DNA of 64,000 nt, taken from positions 2-64,001 of the forward strand of contig JBKOVG010000065.1 of assembly GCA_046723845.1 (NCBI GenBank). Reading direction: 5' to 3'. The notes beneath the pieces are model-generated. The model was not told the origin of the DNA. It searched no databases and saw only the letters and a program-made list of their open reading frames with translations. Position numbers and translations under genes: made by a program. Below are positions 18,056 to 27,197 of this stretch, one piece after another (within the stretch, counting starts at the first letter, position 1; each line of letters opens with the position of its first letter). The stretch comes from Candidatus Methylomirabilota bacterium (GTDB taxonomy: Bacteria; Methylomirabilota; Methylomirabilia; Rokubacteriales; CSP1-6).

Positions 18056-18688
18056 ATGGCCAAGGGCACGCTGATCGCGGCGATGCGCATCGCGCACGTG
18101 GCCGAGGACGAGTTCCATGACTGGTACGACACCGAGCACCTGCCCGAGCGCAAGCGCGTGCCGGGCTTCCTCGTGTGCGAGCGCTGGCTCGGCGCCGAGG
18201 ACGCCCGCGTCTCGGTCGCCACCTACGACCTCGACAGCGTGGCCGTGCTCCAGGGCCCGGCCTACCGGGCCATCGGCGGCGAGAACCTCTCGCCGTGGTC
18301 CAAGCGCGTCACGGCGAGGGTGGAGCGGCTGATGCGCTTCGAGGGCGATCAGATCCTGCCCGGGGACCAGCTCCCGCCGTCGCGCGCGGGCGGCCTCCTC
18401 CTGAACGCCATGAACATCGCCCCCGAGCTGGAGGCGGAGTTCAACGAGTGGTACGACAAGGAGCACATCCCGGCGCTGGCCGCGGTGCCCGGCGTCCTCT
18501 GCGCGCGCCGCTTCCGCGGGAGCAGCGGCAACCGGAAGTACGTCGCGCTCTATCATCTCGCCGAGCCCGCGGTGGTGGAGTCGGCGGAGTGGAAGACGGC
18601 GCGCCAGAGCGACTGGACGAGCCGACTCCAGCCTCACTTTCGGGATCACTTGCGGCTCGTGCTGCGGCGCTATCGCCGCAGCGGCTGA
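18056..18688 (+). CDS. Hypothetical protein with internal two-fold repeat
   Basis: EDEFHDWYDTEHLPERKRVPGF.. repeated as EAEFNEWYDKEHIPALAAVPGV..; GGGAGGAG SD. Confidence 0.6.
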   Translation: MAKGTLIAAMRIAHVAEDEFHDWYDTEHLPERKRVPGFLVCERWLGAEDARVSVATYDLDSVAVLQGPAYRAIGGENLSPWSKRVTARVERLMRFEGDQILPGDQLPPSRAGGLLLNAMNIAPELEAEFNEWYDKEHIPALAAVPGVLCARRFRGSSGNRKYVALYHLAEPAVVESAEWKTARQSDWTSRLQPHFRDHLRLVLRRYRRSG

Positions 18689-18720
18689 TTGCCGAAGCCT
18701 GCAACTTCATCGGCTTCACG

Positions 18721-18816
18721 GGCGTGCCGAGCTACGGCGAGTAAGTTTCACGGGGTCGACGCAGCGAAGAACCGCAGGTAGTTGCCGCCCACGATCCTGG
18801 CGGTCTCCGTCGGCGT
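18721..18816. repeat. Direct repeat copy A (~96 bp, ~90 % identical to 35089-35183)
   Basis: Hand alignment: ggcgtgccgaGctacgGcgagTaagtttcacggg(g)tcgacgc..ccgcaggtagttgccgccca.gatc.tggcggtctccg.cggcgt; 10 differences including 1 indel. Confidence 0.85.
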
Positions 18817-18820
18817 ATCA
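18748..18820 (-). pseudogene. Remnant of the last ~23 codons of a membrane dipeptidase (M19) gene
   Basis: Minus strand reads DTPTETARIVGGNYLRFFAASTP*. Compare the C-terminus of the intact gene 35100..36227: TPAETAKILGGNYLRIFAASTRETSSS*. Confidence 0.7.
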
Positions 18821-18845
18821 CAGGTGAGACAGCCCGGGCGGCTCC

Positions 18846-18874
18846 TTGCCTTCTCCGCACCTGCCCGCTATAGT
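18846..18874 (+). promoter_or_regulatory. Sigma-70-like promoter TTGCCT-17-TATAGT pointing into the cassette array (Pc-like candidate)
   Basis: TTGCCT 18846-18851, exactly 17 nt, TATAGT 18869-18874; 142 nt upstream of the first cassette boundary. Confidence 0.35.
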
Positions 18875-19015
18875 CCCCGCACGTCCCCGCCAGAAGGAGG
18901 GGTGCCACTGGCCCTTGTCCGCTCGATCGCTTCGATTGTCTACGCGCCGGGATATTCATCCTCTTTCACGACAAGCGCCATCCCCTCCGGATGGGCGGGT
19001 TTCAAGATACTTATA

Positions 19016-19024
19016 GTTAGCGAG
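19016..19024 (+). other. Left-most cassette junction (GTTAGCGAG); core site of an attI or degenerate attC
   Basis: Exact reverse complement of CTCGCTAAC (20189-20197), the R'' end of the first attC. Confidence 0.6.
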
Positions 19025-19161
19025 CAGGACTGACGATCACGGCGACTGAACGAAGGTGGGACGTGGATCAAGATGGGCCAAACCGCAAATTCCGGTTTGT
19101 GTATCTTCCGCCCTCGTTTGAGCGGACAGGATGTCCTGTGCTGAGCCGTAGGGGAAAGGAC

Positions 19162-20130
19162 ATGCGGCGGCGCGATTTCATCAGGATTGTTGGGGGTGTG
19201 GCGGCGGTGTGGCCGCTCGTCGCGCGCGGGGAGCAAGCTCGGTTCGTTCGAATCGGCGCGCTCTACATAGGAATCGCGGACGCGGATTCGTTCAAGAAGG
19301 AACTCCGGGAAGGACTGCGCGAGCTCGGCTATGTGGAGGGGCAAAACATCGCATTCGAGTTCCGTTCCGCAGAAGGAAAGCTGGATCAACTTCCTCGGCT
19401 CGCCGCCGAGCTCGTCCGGCTGAAGGTCGACGTGATCGTGGCGCTCTACGTCCCCTGCGCGCTGGCCGCGAAACAAGCGACCCGCGAGATCCCCATCGTC
19501 ATTATCGCGGGTGACCCTGTCGAGACCGGGATCGTGCCCAGCCTGGCTCATCCAGGCGGAAACATCACCGGCGTGTCTCTGATGGCCTCCGCATTGGGTG
19601 GAAAGAGTGTCGAATTGTTCCGCGATATGCTGCCGTCCGCGCGGCGTGTGGGCGTCTTGGGCCACTCCACGAATCCGGTCTTCGCGAAAGCCATGCTCGA
19701 CGAGGTCCTGCGGGCCGGTGGACCGACCGGCATAAGAATACAGCCGGTCGTCATGATCCGCGGACCCGAAGAGGCCGACACCGCTTTTGCGACGATGGTG
19801 AGAGAGCGAGCCGATGCCGCCGTCGTCCAGGGCAGCTTGGCGTTCAAATCGCTGACCGATATGGCCATCAAGTACCGAGTGCCGACGGCCTCGACCACGC
19901 GCTCGTTTGCTGATATCGGAGGCCTGATGGCATTCGGGGCCGACGGGCCCGCCGCGGTTCGGCACGGCGCCACGTTCGTGCATCGGATCTTGGAGGGGAA
20001 GCAGCCGAAGGACATACCTATCGAGCAGCCCACCAAATTCGAGCTGGCCATCAATCTCAAGACTGCCAAGGCAATCGGCCTCAGAATTCCCCAAGCGTTT
20101 CTGCTGCGCGCCGACGCAATCCTCGAATGA
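19162..20130 (+). CDS. ABC-transporter substrate-binding protein (PF04392-like), cassette 1
   Basis: MRRRDFIRIVGGVAAVWPLVARG signal; ..GLRELGYVEGQNIAFEFRSAEGK..LKVDVIVA..IPIV..PGGNITG..EQPTKFELAINLKTAKAIGL.. Confidence 0.85.
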   Translation: MRRRDFIRIVGGVAAVWPLVARGEQARFVRIGALYIGIADADSFKKELREGLRELGYVEGQNIAFEFRSAEGKLDQLPRLAAELVRLKVDVIVALYVPCALAAKQATREIPIVIIAGDPVETGIVPSLAHPGGNITGVSLMASALGGKSVELFRDMLPSARRVGVLGHSTNPVFAKAMLDEVLRAGGPTGIRIQPVVMIRGPEEADTAFATMVRERADAAVVQGSLAFKSLTDMAIKYRVPTASTTRSFADIGGLMAFGADGPAAVRHGATFVHRILEGKQPKDIPIEQPTKFELAINLKTAKAIGLRIPQAFLLRADAILE

Positions 20131-20190
20131 AGCAGCAATTTGATGCGGACTAGCCAGCGCTGCTGAGTGCCGTGTGAGACCGTGGGCTCT

Positions 20191-20250
20191 CGCTAACAAG
20201 CCGCTGGACCCGACGGCTGAGGCAGCCGCGGGTCAGCGCCGGCGTTATGC
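20191..20250 (+). repeat. attC-1 (60 bp)
   Basis: cgctAAC aagccgctggacccg...cgggtcagcgccggc GTTatgc; arms pair (GACCCG/CGGGTC, GCCG/CGGC). Confidence 0.75.
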
Positions 20251-20329
20251 GCACTGAAGGTCGTCTGCCACGGTCGCCAAGCCAGCCAAGTTGGGCGGAC
20301 ACTGACCTCCGCAGGATAGTGGCCTCACA

Positions 20330-23300
20330 ATGAAATGTCCGCGGTGCGAGCACGAAAACGAGTCCAGCGCGAAGTTCTGTGAGGAGTGCGCCGCGCCGCT
20401 CGCGCGGATGTGTGCAAACTGCGGCCGGTCACTCTCCCCGAGGGCCAAGTTTTGCCCTGAGTGCGCCCATCCGACGAGATTGGGGCCGGAGGCTTCCACG
20501 ACCTCGCGCTTCACCTCCCCGGAGGGCTACACCCCGAGGCACCTCGCCGAGAAGATCCTTACGTCCAGGAATGCGGTCGAAGGCGAACGCAAGCAGGTCA
20601 CGGTGGTGTTCGCCGATCTCAAGGGTTCGATGGAGCTGCTCGCCGACCGAGACCCCGAAGATGCCCGCAACCTCCTCGACGCGGTGCTCGAACGCATGAT
20701 GGAGGCCGTCCACCGGTACGAAGGGACGGTCAACCAGGTCATGGGCGACGGAATCATGGCGCTCTTCGGCGCGCCGCTCGCCCACGAGGACCACGCGGTG
20801 CGGGCGTGCTACGCGGCCTTGCGCATGCAGGAATCGGTGAAGCGATACGCCGAGGAGGTGCACCGGACGGCGGGCGTGTCGCTGCACATCCGGGTCGGTG
20901 TGAACTCGGGCGAGGTGGTCGTCCGCTCCATCGGCAGCGACCTCCACATGGACTACACGGCCGTCGGCCAGACGACCCACCTGGCGGCACGGCTGGAGCA
21001 GATGGCGATGCCGGGTTCGATTCTCATCTCGCCCGCGACGCTCAATCTGTCGGAAGGCTACATCATGGTGACGCGACTGGGGGAGCGCCCAGTCAAGGGC
21101 CTGGAACGGCCGATGGAGGTCTTCGAGGTCGTCGGCGCCGGGACGGCGCGCTCGCGGCTGCAGGCCACCGCCGCTCGCGGTCTCACGCGGTTCGTCGGGC
21201 GCAGCGCGGAACTGGAGCAGCTCCGCCAGGCCCTGGAGCGGGCCGGGACGGGGCATGGCCAGGTCGTGGCAGTCGTCGGCGAGCCCGGGGTCGGGAAGTC
21301 CCGCCTCTTCTGGGAGTTCACCCACTCGCATCGCACGCAGGGCTGGCTCCTCGTCGAGAGCAGCTCCGTTTCTTACGGCAAGGCGATGGCGTTTCTGCCG
21401 CTCATCGATCTCCTCCGCGCCTACTTCCAGATCGAGGGTCGCGATGACGAGCGCAAGATCAGCGAGAAGGTAACTGGAAAGCTCTTCTCCTTGGACCGCG
21501 CGCTCGAACCGTCGCTGCCCGGACTGCTGTGGCTTCTCGACGTACCAGTCGACGACCCGCAATGGCAGCGGCTCGACCCTCCGCAGCGCCGCCAGCAAAC
21601 GCTCGAGGGGATCAAGCGATTGCTGCTACGAGAGAGCCAGGTCCAGCCGCTGTTGCTGGTGTTCGAGGACCTGCACTGGATCGACGCTGAGACTCATGCC
21701 CTGCTGGACAGCGTTGTGGAGAGTCTGCCCACCGCCCGGTTGCTGCTCCTGGTGAACTACCGACCGGAATACCAGCACAGCTGGGGCAATAAGACCTACT
21801 ACCGGCAGCTCCGCGTTGACCCCCTTGCGCCCGAGAGCGCCGAGGAACTACTCGGGGGCTTGCTTGGGACCGACGCTCGCCTTCAATCCCTCAAGCGACT
21901 CTTGATCGAGCGGACCGAGGGCAATCCGTTCTTCCTCGAGGAAAGCGTCCGGACGCTTGTCGAGACGAGGGTCCTGGCGGGCGCGCGAGGCGCCTATCAC
22001 CTGGCGAGAGAAACCTCGACGCTGCAAATTCCGGCGACGGCCCAGGCGATCCTGGCTGCGCGCATCGACCGTCTCGCGCCCGAGGACAAACGGCTCCTCC
22101 AGGCCGCCTCTGTCATCGGCAAGGACACGCCCTTCACGCTCCTCCAGGCCATCGCGGAGGAGCCAGAGCAGCAACTCCGCCGGGGCCTCGCGAATCTCCA
22201 AGCCGCCGAGCTCCTCTACGAGGCGCGGCTCTTCCCGGACCTCGAGTACACATTCAAGCACGCGCTGACCCACGACGTCGCCTACGGCAGCCTGCTTCAG
22301 GAGCGACGGCGCGCGCTCCACCGCCAGATCATGGAGACCATCGAGCGGCTCCATCCCGACCGGCTGGCGGAGCACATCGAACAGCTCGCCCACCACGCCT
22401 TCCGGGGCGAGGCGTGGGACAATGCTGTCACGTACCTCCGGCAGGCTGGGGCCAAGGCCTTCGCCCGCTCGGCCAACCGGGAATCGGTGACGTATCTCGA
22501 GCAGGCCCTCAACGCCCTGGATCACCTGCCACAAGATGGCGAGACGGTCGTCCAGGCCATCGATGTTCGGATCGATCTGCGTCATGCGCTGTGGCCGCTC
22601 GGCGAGAACGGTCGGATCCTCAACTATTTGCAGAAGGCCGAAACCATGGCCGAGACGCTCGGCGACCAGGGGCGATTGGCGCGGGTTCTCTCGGCGATGG
22701 GCTATTCATTTTGGATGCTGGGCGACCATGGCCGTGTCGCGACGTCCAACGGGCGTGCCCTGGCGATCGCCACGAGCCTGGGAGACTTCGCTCTCGAGGC
22801 GGCGGCAAACTTCGCGCTCGGGCTCGCTTACCACGGCCTCGGAGACTATCGTCGCGCGACCGACCACCTCACGAGAAACGTCGGCTCGCTCCGAGGCGAG
22901 CGGATGTTCGGTCGGTTCGGAACCGCCGGCGTCACGTCGGTCCTGTCCATCATGGCGCTGGCATGGTGCAATGCCGAGCAGGGCTCTTTCGCGGAAGGCA
23001 TCGGCTTCGGGGAGGAAGCCCTTCGGACCGCCAACGCGCGAGATGACAAGCTCAGTCTCATGTTCGCCGACCTAGGTGTCGGAGACCTCTACCTCGTGCA
23101 GGGGGACCTCGTCCGGGCCATTCCGAGACTCGAGCGTGGCCTGTCGATCTGCCAGACATGGGACTTCCCATCCTGGCTTCCCTGGCTGGCTTCGCGACTG
23201 GGGGCCGCTTACGCCTTGGCCGGTCGTGTGGCCGAGGGCCTGCCGTTGTTGGAGCAGTCGGTGGAGCGAGCCGACGCCATGGGTTGGAAGGCCGACGCTT

Positions 23301-23701
23301 CACGGCTCGCCGCCAGGTTGAGCGAGGCATATCTCGGAGCTGGTCGAATTCAGGAAGCGGCAGAACTGGCCGCCCGTGCCCTCGATCTCGCGGTGGGGCA
23401 GAACGGGCGCGGTGATCAGGCCTGGGCCCTACGCCTGGGTGGCGAGATCGCTTCCGGTAGGGAGCCGGCCGACCTCGAGCAGGCCGAAGACCAGTACCGC
23501 CAAGCGCTCGCCCTCGCCGAGGAGTTGGGGATGCAGCCCCTCGCGGCGCACTGTCACCTTGGGGTCGGCAAGCTGTATCGCCGCGTGGGCAACCGCGCGA
23601 AGGCGGAAGAGCGCCTGAGGACCGTCACCGCGATGTATCGGGAGATGGAGATGGGCTTCTGGATCCAGCACGCCGAGGCAGAGATGAGGGCGCTGGGATG
23701 A
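20330..23701 (+). CDS. Double zinc-ribbon / class III adenylate cyclase / AAA(STAND) ATPase / TPR protein, cassette 2
   Basis: CPRCEHEN..CEEC..CANCG..CPEC; VTVVFADLKGSMEL..VMGDGIMALFGAP; VVAVVGEPGVGKSRL (P-loop); C-terminal TPR-like repeats; 1123 aa. Confidence 0.85.
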   Translation: MKCPRCEHENESSAKFCEECAAPLARMCANCGRSLSPRAKFCPECAHPTRLGPEASTTSRFTSPEGYTPRHLAEKILTSRNAVEGERKQVTVVFADLKGSMELLADRDPEDARNLLDAVLERMMEAVHRYEGTVNQVMGDGIMALFGAPLAHEDHAVRACYAALRMQESVKRYAEEVHRTAGVSLHIRVGVNSGEVVVRSIGSDLHMDYTAVGQTTHLAARLEQMAMPGSILISPATLNLSEGYIMVTRLGERPVKGLERPMEVFEVVGAGTARSRLQATAARGLTRFVGRSAELEQLRQALERAGTGHGQVVAVVGEPGVGKSRLFWEFTHSHRTQGWLLVESSSVSYGKAMAFLPLIDLLRAYFQIEGRDDERKISEKVTGKLFSLDRALEPSLPGLLWLLDVPVDDPQWQRLDPPQRRQQTLEGIKRLLLRESQVQPLLLVFEDLHWIDAETHALLDSVVESLPTARLLLLVNYRPEYQHSWGNKTYYRQLRVDPLAPESAEELLGGLLGTDARLQSLKRLLIERTEGNPFFLEESVRTLVETRVLAGARGAYHLARETSTLQIPATAQAILAARIDRLAPEDKRLLQAASVIGKDTPFTLLQAIAEEPEQQLRRGLANLQAAELLYEARLFPDLEYTFKHALTHDVAYGSLLQERRRALHRQIMETIERLHPDRLAEHIEQLAHHAFRGEAWDNAVTYLRQAGAKAFARSANRESVTYLEQALNALDHLPQDGETVVQAIDVRIDLRHALWPLGENGRILNYLQKAETMAETLGDQGRLARVLSAMGYSFWMLGDHGRVATSNGRALAIATSLGDFALEAAANFALGLAYHGLGDYRRATDHLTRNVGSLRGERMFGRFGTAGVTSVLSIMALAWCNAEQGSFAEGIGFGEEALRTANARDDKLSLMFADLGVGDLYLVQGDLVRAIPRLERGLSICQTWDFPSWLPWLASRLGAAYALAGRVAEGLPLLEQSVERADAMGWKADASRLAARLSEAYLGAGRIQEAAELAARALDLAVGQNGRGDQAWALRLGGEIASGREPADLEQAEDQYRQALALAEELGMQPLAAHCHLGVGKLYRRVGNRAKAEERLRTVTAMYREMEMGFWIQHAEAEMRALG

Positions 23702-23727
23702 CCGACGCGTCGCGAGAGAGCCGGGGC

Positions 23728-23799
23728 GCATAACAGCACGATGAACCTGACAGCGACTTCGCTTCGCTCAGCCGCCGCAGGTTATCGTGAGCGTTCGGC
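23728..23799 (+). repeat. attC-2 (72 bp)
   Basis: gcatAAC agcacgatgaacctg...caggttatcgtgagc GTTcggc. GCGCATAAC (23726-23734) is the exact reverse complement of GTTATGCGC (20244-20252). Confidence 0.8.
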
Positions 23800-23840
23800 G
23801 GACACTCTAGTCATGAGAGCAGGTCAGAGGATAGGCGCAG

Positions 23841-24083
23841 ATGTTCGACGCGGTGATTCAGACCGTACTCTCCCAAGGCCAGCCAAGCTCCGGCGATAAC
23901 CTGCTCGGGTTCTCGATCGATGCCGACCACTATGTGGCCGAGGGTGGCGCGCTGGTGAACGTGGACGTCCGCCGCAGCGACCGACCGGACTGCTTAATCG
24001 ATGTACGTGCGACAGTCGCCGATCACGTTCAAACCCTGCAGGATGTTGCTTTAGCGTTGCGGGGAGCATGGGTGGAATGGTGA
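23841..24083 (+). CDS. Hypothetical 80-aa ORF (cassette 3)
   Basis: ORF only; no recognisable motif; abuts the NMO fragment. Confidence 0.3.
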   Translation: MFDAVIQTVLSQGQPSSGDNLLGFSIDADHYVAEGGALVNVDVRRSDRPDCLIDVRATVADHVQTLQDVALALRGAWVEW

Positions 24084-24640
24084 TTACTCCCGCCGTTGTC
24101 GATGCTGTGCGTGCGGTCGCCCCAGGCTCGTCAGCGCCACCGGTGGTCGCGGCAGGTGGAATAGCAGACGGCCGGGGCCTCGCGGCCGCACTGATGCTCG
24201 GCGCAGAAGGTGTTCTCGTCGGCACGCCGTTCCTCGCGACCGACGAGGCACCGGTACCCTCGGCGTGGAAGTCGGCGATTTGCGCGTCGACCGAGGTTGA
24301 TACGGTCTATACGCGGGTTGCGAATCTTGTGGCGCGGCCGACTTGGGCGCCGGTCGCGCCGAGTCGCGTGCTGCGGACCGGCGCGGTTACGGCCTGGCTT
24401 GGTCGCGAGGCGGAACTCGACGCGCTCCCGCCAGCCGAGCGCGAGACGATCGCCGCGCGTTGGGTGCAGGCGCGGATGGAGGGACGCACGGACGACATGG
24501 AAGTGATTGCGGGGCAGGACTGCGGGCTGATCCACGAGATCTTTCCGGCTGCGGAGGTGGTGAGAAGGATCGTGGAGGAGGCGGAGCAAGTCCTCGGGCG
24601 GTGGTGCCCCGCCGGCCACAACGGACCGCGAAGTGCGTGA
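24068..24640 (+). pseudogene. Nitronate monooxygenase (NMO/2-nitropropane dioxygenase) C-terminal fragment
   Basis: PVVAAGGIADGRGLAAALMLGAEGVLVGTPFLATDE is the C-terminal half of the FMN TIM barrel. The N-terminal ~150 aa are absent. Confidence 0.65.
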
Positions 24641-24744
24641 CCGCGTCTGCCAGATCGCCCGCTGGATTCGACCGCCTGATCTGCCCCGCAGGACAGGAAC
24701 CAGCGGTCGTCGATCCAGGGCGTCTGGGCGGTCGTCATGAAAGC

Positions 24745-24816
24745 GCCGAACAAGGCAGTCGAGCGGCCGGCGGCTCGCATTCGCTCGGGCGCCGCCGCTC
24801 ACTGCCAGCGTTCGTC
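24745..24816 (+). repeat. attC-3 (72 bp)
   Basis: gccgAAC aaggcagtcgagcgg...ccgctcactgccagc GTTcgtc. Shares 16-nt loop ggctcgcattcgctcg with attC-11. Confidence 0.8.
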
Positions 24817-24909
24817 GCACCAGGAGACGGCAAGCAGATACCGCAGTCGATGCTACGAAGTCCCAAGCACATTTACACCAAAAGGCTAGAAGAGAGAGCG
24901 AGGCTTCCT

Positions 24910-26117
24910 ATGACCATCGGTGCGCTGATCCAAGGCCAATGCGACTCACGTTTCACAGCAGTGCGTGAGGCGTTCGCGGAGAATTTCGCAAAACGCGCAG
25001 AAGTGGGTGCCGCAGTCTCCGTTTATGTGAACGGCAAACCAGTCGTGGACCTCTGGGGCGGCTACGCCAACGCTGCCAGGACTCGGCCCTGGGAGCAGAA
25101 CACGCTTGTGAGTGTTGCGTCTACCACCAAGGGCATGGTCGCTCTTTGCGCTCACATGCTCGTCGAGCGCGGACTCCTCGATCTCGATGCGCCAGTGGCT
25201 CGCTACTGGCCAGAATTCTCGCAGGCCGACAAGGCGCAGATCCCCGTGCGCTGGCTTCTGAGCCATCGGGCTGGTTTACCAGCCATCCGACGAGATCTGC
25301 CCGCCGAGTCGCTCTACGACTGGCATGCCTTCACCGCGGCACTAGCGGAAACCTCTCCCTGGTGGACGCCGGGAAGCCAGCACGGCTATCACGCGAGGAC
25401 TTTCGGCCACCTGGTGGGTGAAGTCATTCGGCGGATCAGCGGCGCGAGCGTGGGCCAGTTCCTTCGCGCCGAAGTGGCGGGGCCGCTGGGTGCCGACTGC
25501 TTTATTGGCCTTCCGGAGGCAGAACATGCGCGGGCTGCCGAAATCCTTCCCGACCTACCACCTCTCCCTGGCGACGAGACTATATGGGACGTGATCAGGG
25601 GAGACCCATCGTCCATGGCGGCCCGCGCGTTTTCCAATCCACCAGGCGGCCCAGAGATGAGGAATACTCGAGCCTGGCGCGCGGCCGAGATTCCATCAAG
25701 CAACGGCCACACGACCGCAAGAGCCCTGGCCCGCCTCTATGGTGCGCTCGCTGATGGCGGGACGCTCGACACCGTGCACCTCCTCGACCCAGCCACGATC
25801 GATGCGGCGATCGTAGAACAATCGTCTGGCCTCGATGCGATTCTCCCGTTCGCGACGCGGTTTGGACTCGGGTTCATGCTGACGATGCCGGGCAGGAACG
25901 GACAGCCGGGGCACTCGTCCCGCCGTTCGGTCCCAATCCGCGCGCCTTCGGGCACCCGGGGGCCGGGGGCTCTATCGGCTTTGCCGACTTGGACGGCCGA
26001 CTTGGTTTTGGCTACGTGATGAACCAGTTTCAGACTGGCACGGCACGGAATCCCGATCTCCGTTGGGTCTCCCTCGTCGAGGCAGCCTATGCCTCGCTCG
26101 GCGCAAGACAGGGTTAA
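24910..26117 (+). pseudogene. Serine hydrolase (class C beta-lactamase/esterase family) with a frameshift near 25890-25925, cassette 4
   Basis: SVASTTKGM (S-x-x-K). After ..GLGFMLTMPG the conserved C-terminus PFGPNPRAFGHPGAGGSIGFADLDGRLGFGYVMNQ..* continues in another frame, ending at TAA 26115-26117. Confidence 0.7.
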
Positions 26118-26153
26118 TTCGTTTTGTCATCAAAATCCCGCATCGTGGCGGGC

Positions 26154-26226
26154 GTCGAACTTCGCGCTCCAGCGGACCAGGAGCTCGCGTTGCTCGCTCC
26201 CCGGCCGCTGAGCGTGAACGTTCGGC
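26154..26226 (+). repeat. attC-4 (73 bp)
   Basis: gtcgAAC ttcgcgctccagcgg...ccgctgagcgtgaac GTTcggc. Confidence 0.75.
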
Positions 26227-26256
26227 GGACAAGTTGAGCCAAGGCAGGAGCGAGCG

Positions 26257-27081
26257 ATGACCGATCAAGGCCAGTGGCAGGTTGCTGGAAACGCGGCCGA
26301 GATTTACGAGCGTGCCTTGGTCCCCGCCGTGTTCGCAGCCTGGGCGTCGCTTGTCATCGATTTGGCCGACCCCCGACCCGGCGCACGTGTCCTGGACGTC
26401 GCCTGCGGCACTGGTGTGGTTGCCCGAACCATCGCGCAGCGGGTCGGACCTACCGGTGAGGTGGTCGGTCTCAATCTGAATCCTGGGATGCTGGCCATCG
26501 CGGCATCTATCACCTCCAACGAACCGGCGACGACCGCGCGGATAACCTGGCAAGAAGCCAGCGCGACGAAGATGCCGCTGGCGGACGCGGCCTTCGATAT
26601 TGTGTACTGTCAGTTGGGGCTCCAGTTCTTTCCCGACCGGCCCGTGGCGTTGCGGGAAATGTATCGCGTCATGGTTCCGGGCGGCCGCCTGGGTCTCATG
26701 GTATGGCGGGATATTGAGCGTAGTCCCGGGTTCGCCGTCTTGGCTGCCGCTCTCGCGCGACATGTAAGTACCGAGGCGGCGGGCATCATGCGTGCTCCAT
26801 TCGGCCTCGCCGACGCTGACGAGTTGCGTGGGCTCATTGCCACGGCCGGCTTCCGCGACATCACGGTCCGGTCAATCCCGGGGACTGTTCGTTTTCCATC
26901 GGTCGTACGCTTCGTGCAGGACTATGCGGCCGGCTCACCACTTGCCGGCCACGTGGCGAAAGTCTCGGACCAAGCCCGTGCGGCACTCGTCAGCGAGGTG
27001 GATGCCGCGCTGCAATCTTATCTCGTGGCGGGCGCGCTGACGTTTCCGATTGAGGCTCACCTGGCGAGCGCCTGGAGGTGA
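26257..27081 (+). CDS. Class I SAM-dependent methyltransferase, cassette 5
   Basis: VLDVACGTGVVARTIAQRVGPTGEVVGLNLNPGML; ..FDIVYCQLGLQFF. Confidence 0.8.
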   Translation: MTDQGQWQVAGNAAEIYERALVPAVFAAWASLVIDLADPRPGARVLDVACGTGVVARTIAQRVGPTGEVVGLNLNPGMLAIAASITSNEPATTARITWQEASATKMPLADAAFDIVYCQLGLQFFPDRPVALREMYRVMVPGGRLGLMVWRDIERSPGFAVLAAALARHVSTEAAGIMRAPFGLADADELRGLIATAGFRDITVRSIPGTVRFPSVVRFVQDYAAGSPLAGHVAKVSDQARAALVSEVDAALQSYLVAGALTFPIEAHLASAWR

Positions 27082-27117
27082 CGTGTTCATCCTCCATAAC
27101 CCCGAGCTTGGCGAGCC

Positions 27118-27175
27118 GCCGAACAACAGGCTCGAGCGGACCAACTATGCCGGCCGCTCAGCCTGAGCGTTCGGC
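27118..27175 (+). repeat. attC-5 (58 bp)
   Basis: gccgAAC aacaggctcgagcgg accaactatgccgg ccgctcagcctgagc GTTcggc. Confidence 0.8.
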
Positions 27176-27197
27176 GCACCGGGGAAGCGATCAACAG

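Noticed and set aside
18690-18720. Hairpin GAAGCC-N12-GGCTTC after gene 18056..18688 as a terminator
   Set aside because: The stem is only 6 bp with a 12-nt loop and no U-tract. This is too weak to call.
18732-19033. ORFs 18732..18959 (minus) and 18782..19033 (plus) as possible integrase remnants or small genes
   Set aside because: The translations are low-complexity with no tyrosine-recombinase motifs. The minus ORF is largely the out-of-frame shadow of the dipeptidase remnant. SD spacing is poor for both.
19105-19150. attC-like fragment (cgtttgagcggacaggatgtcctgtgctgagccg) upstream of the first SBP gene
   Set aside because: It has the GAGCGG / GCTGAGC flavour and an ACAGGA/TCCTGT palindrome but lacks AAC/GTT ends and junction complementarity. 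It may be a dead attC or an operator, and was not counted as a cassette boundary.
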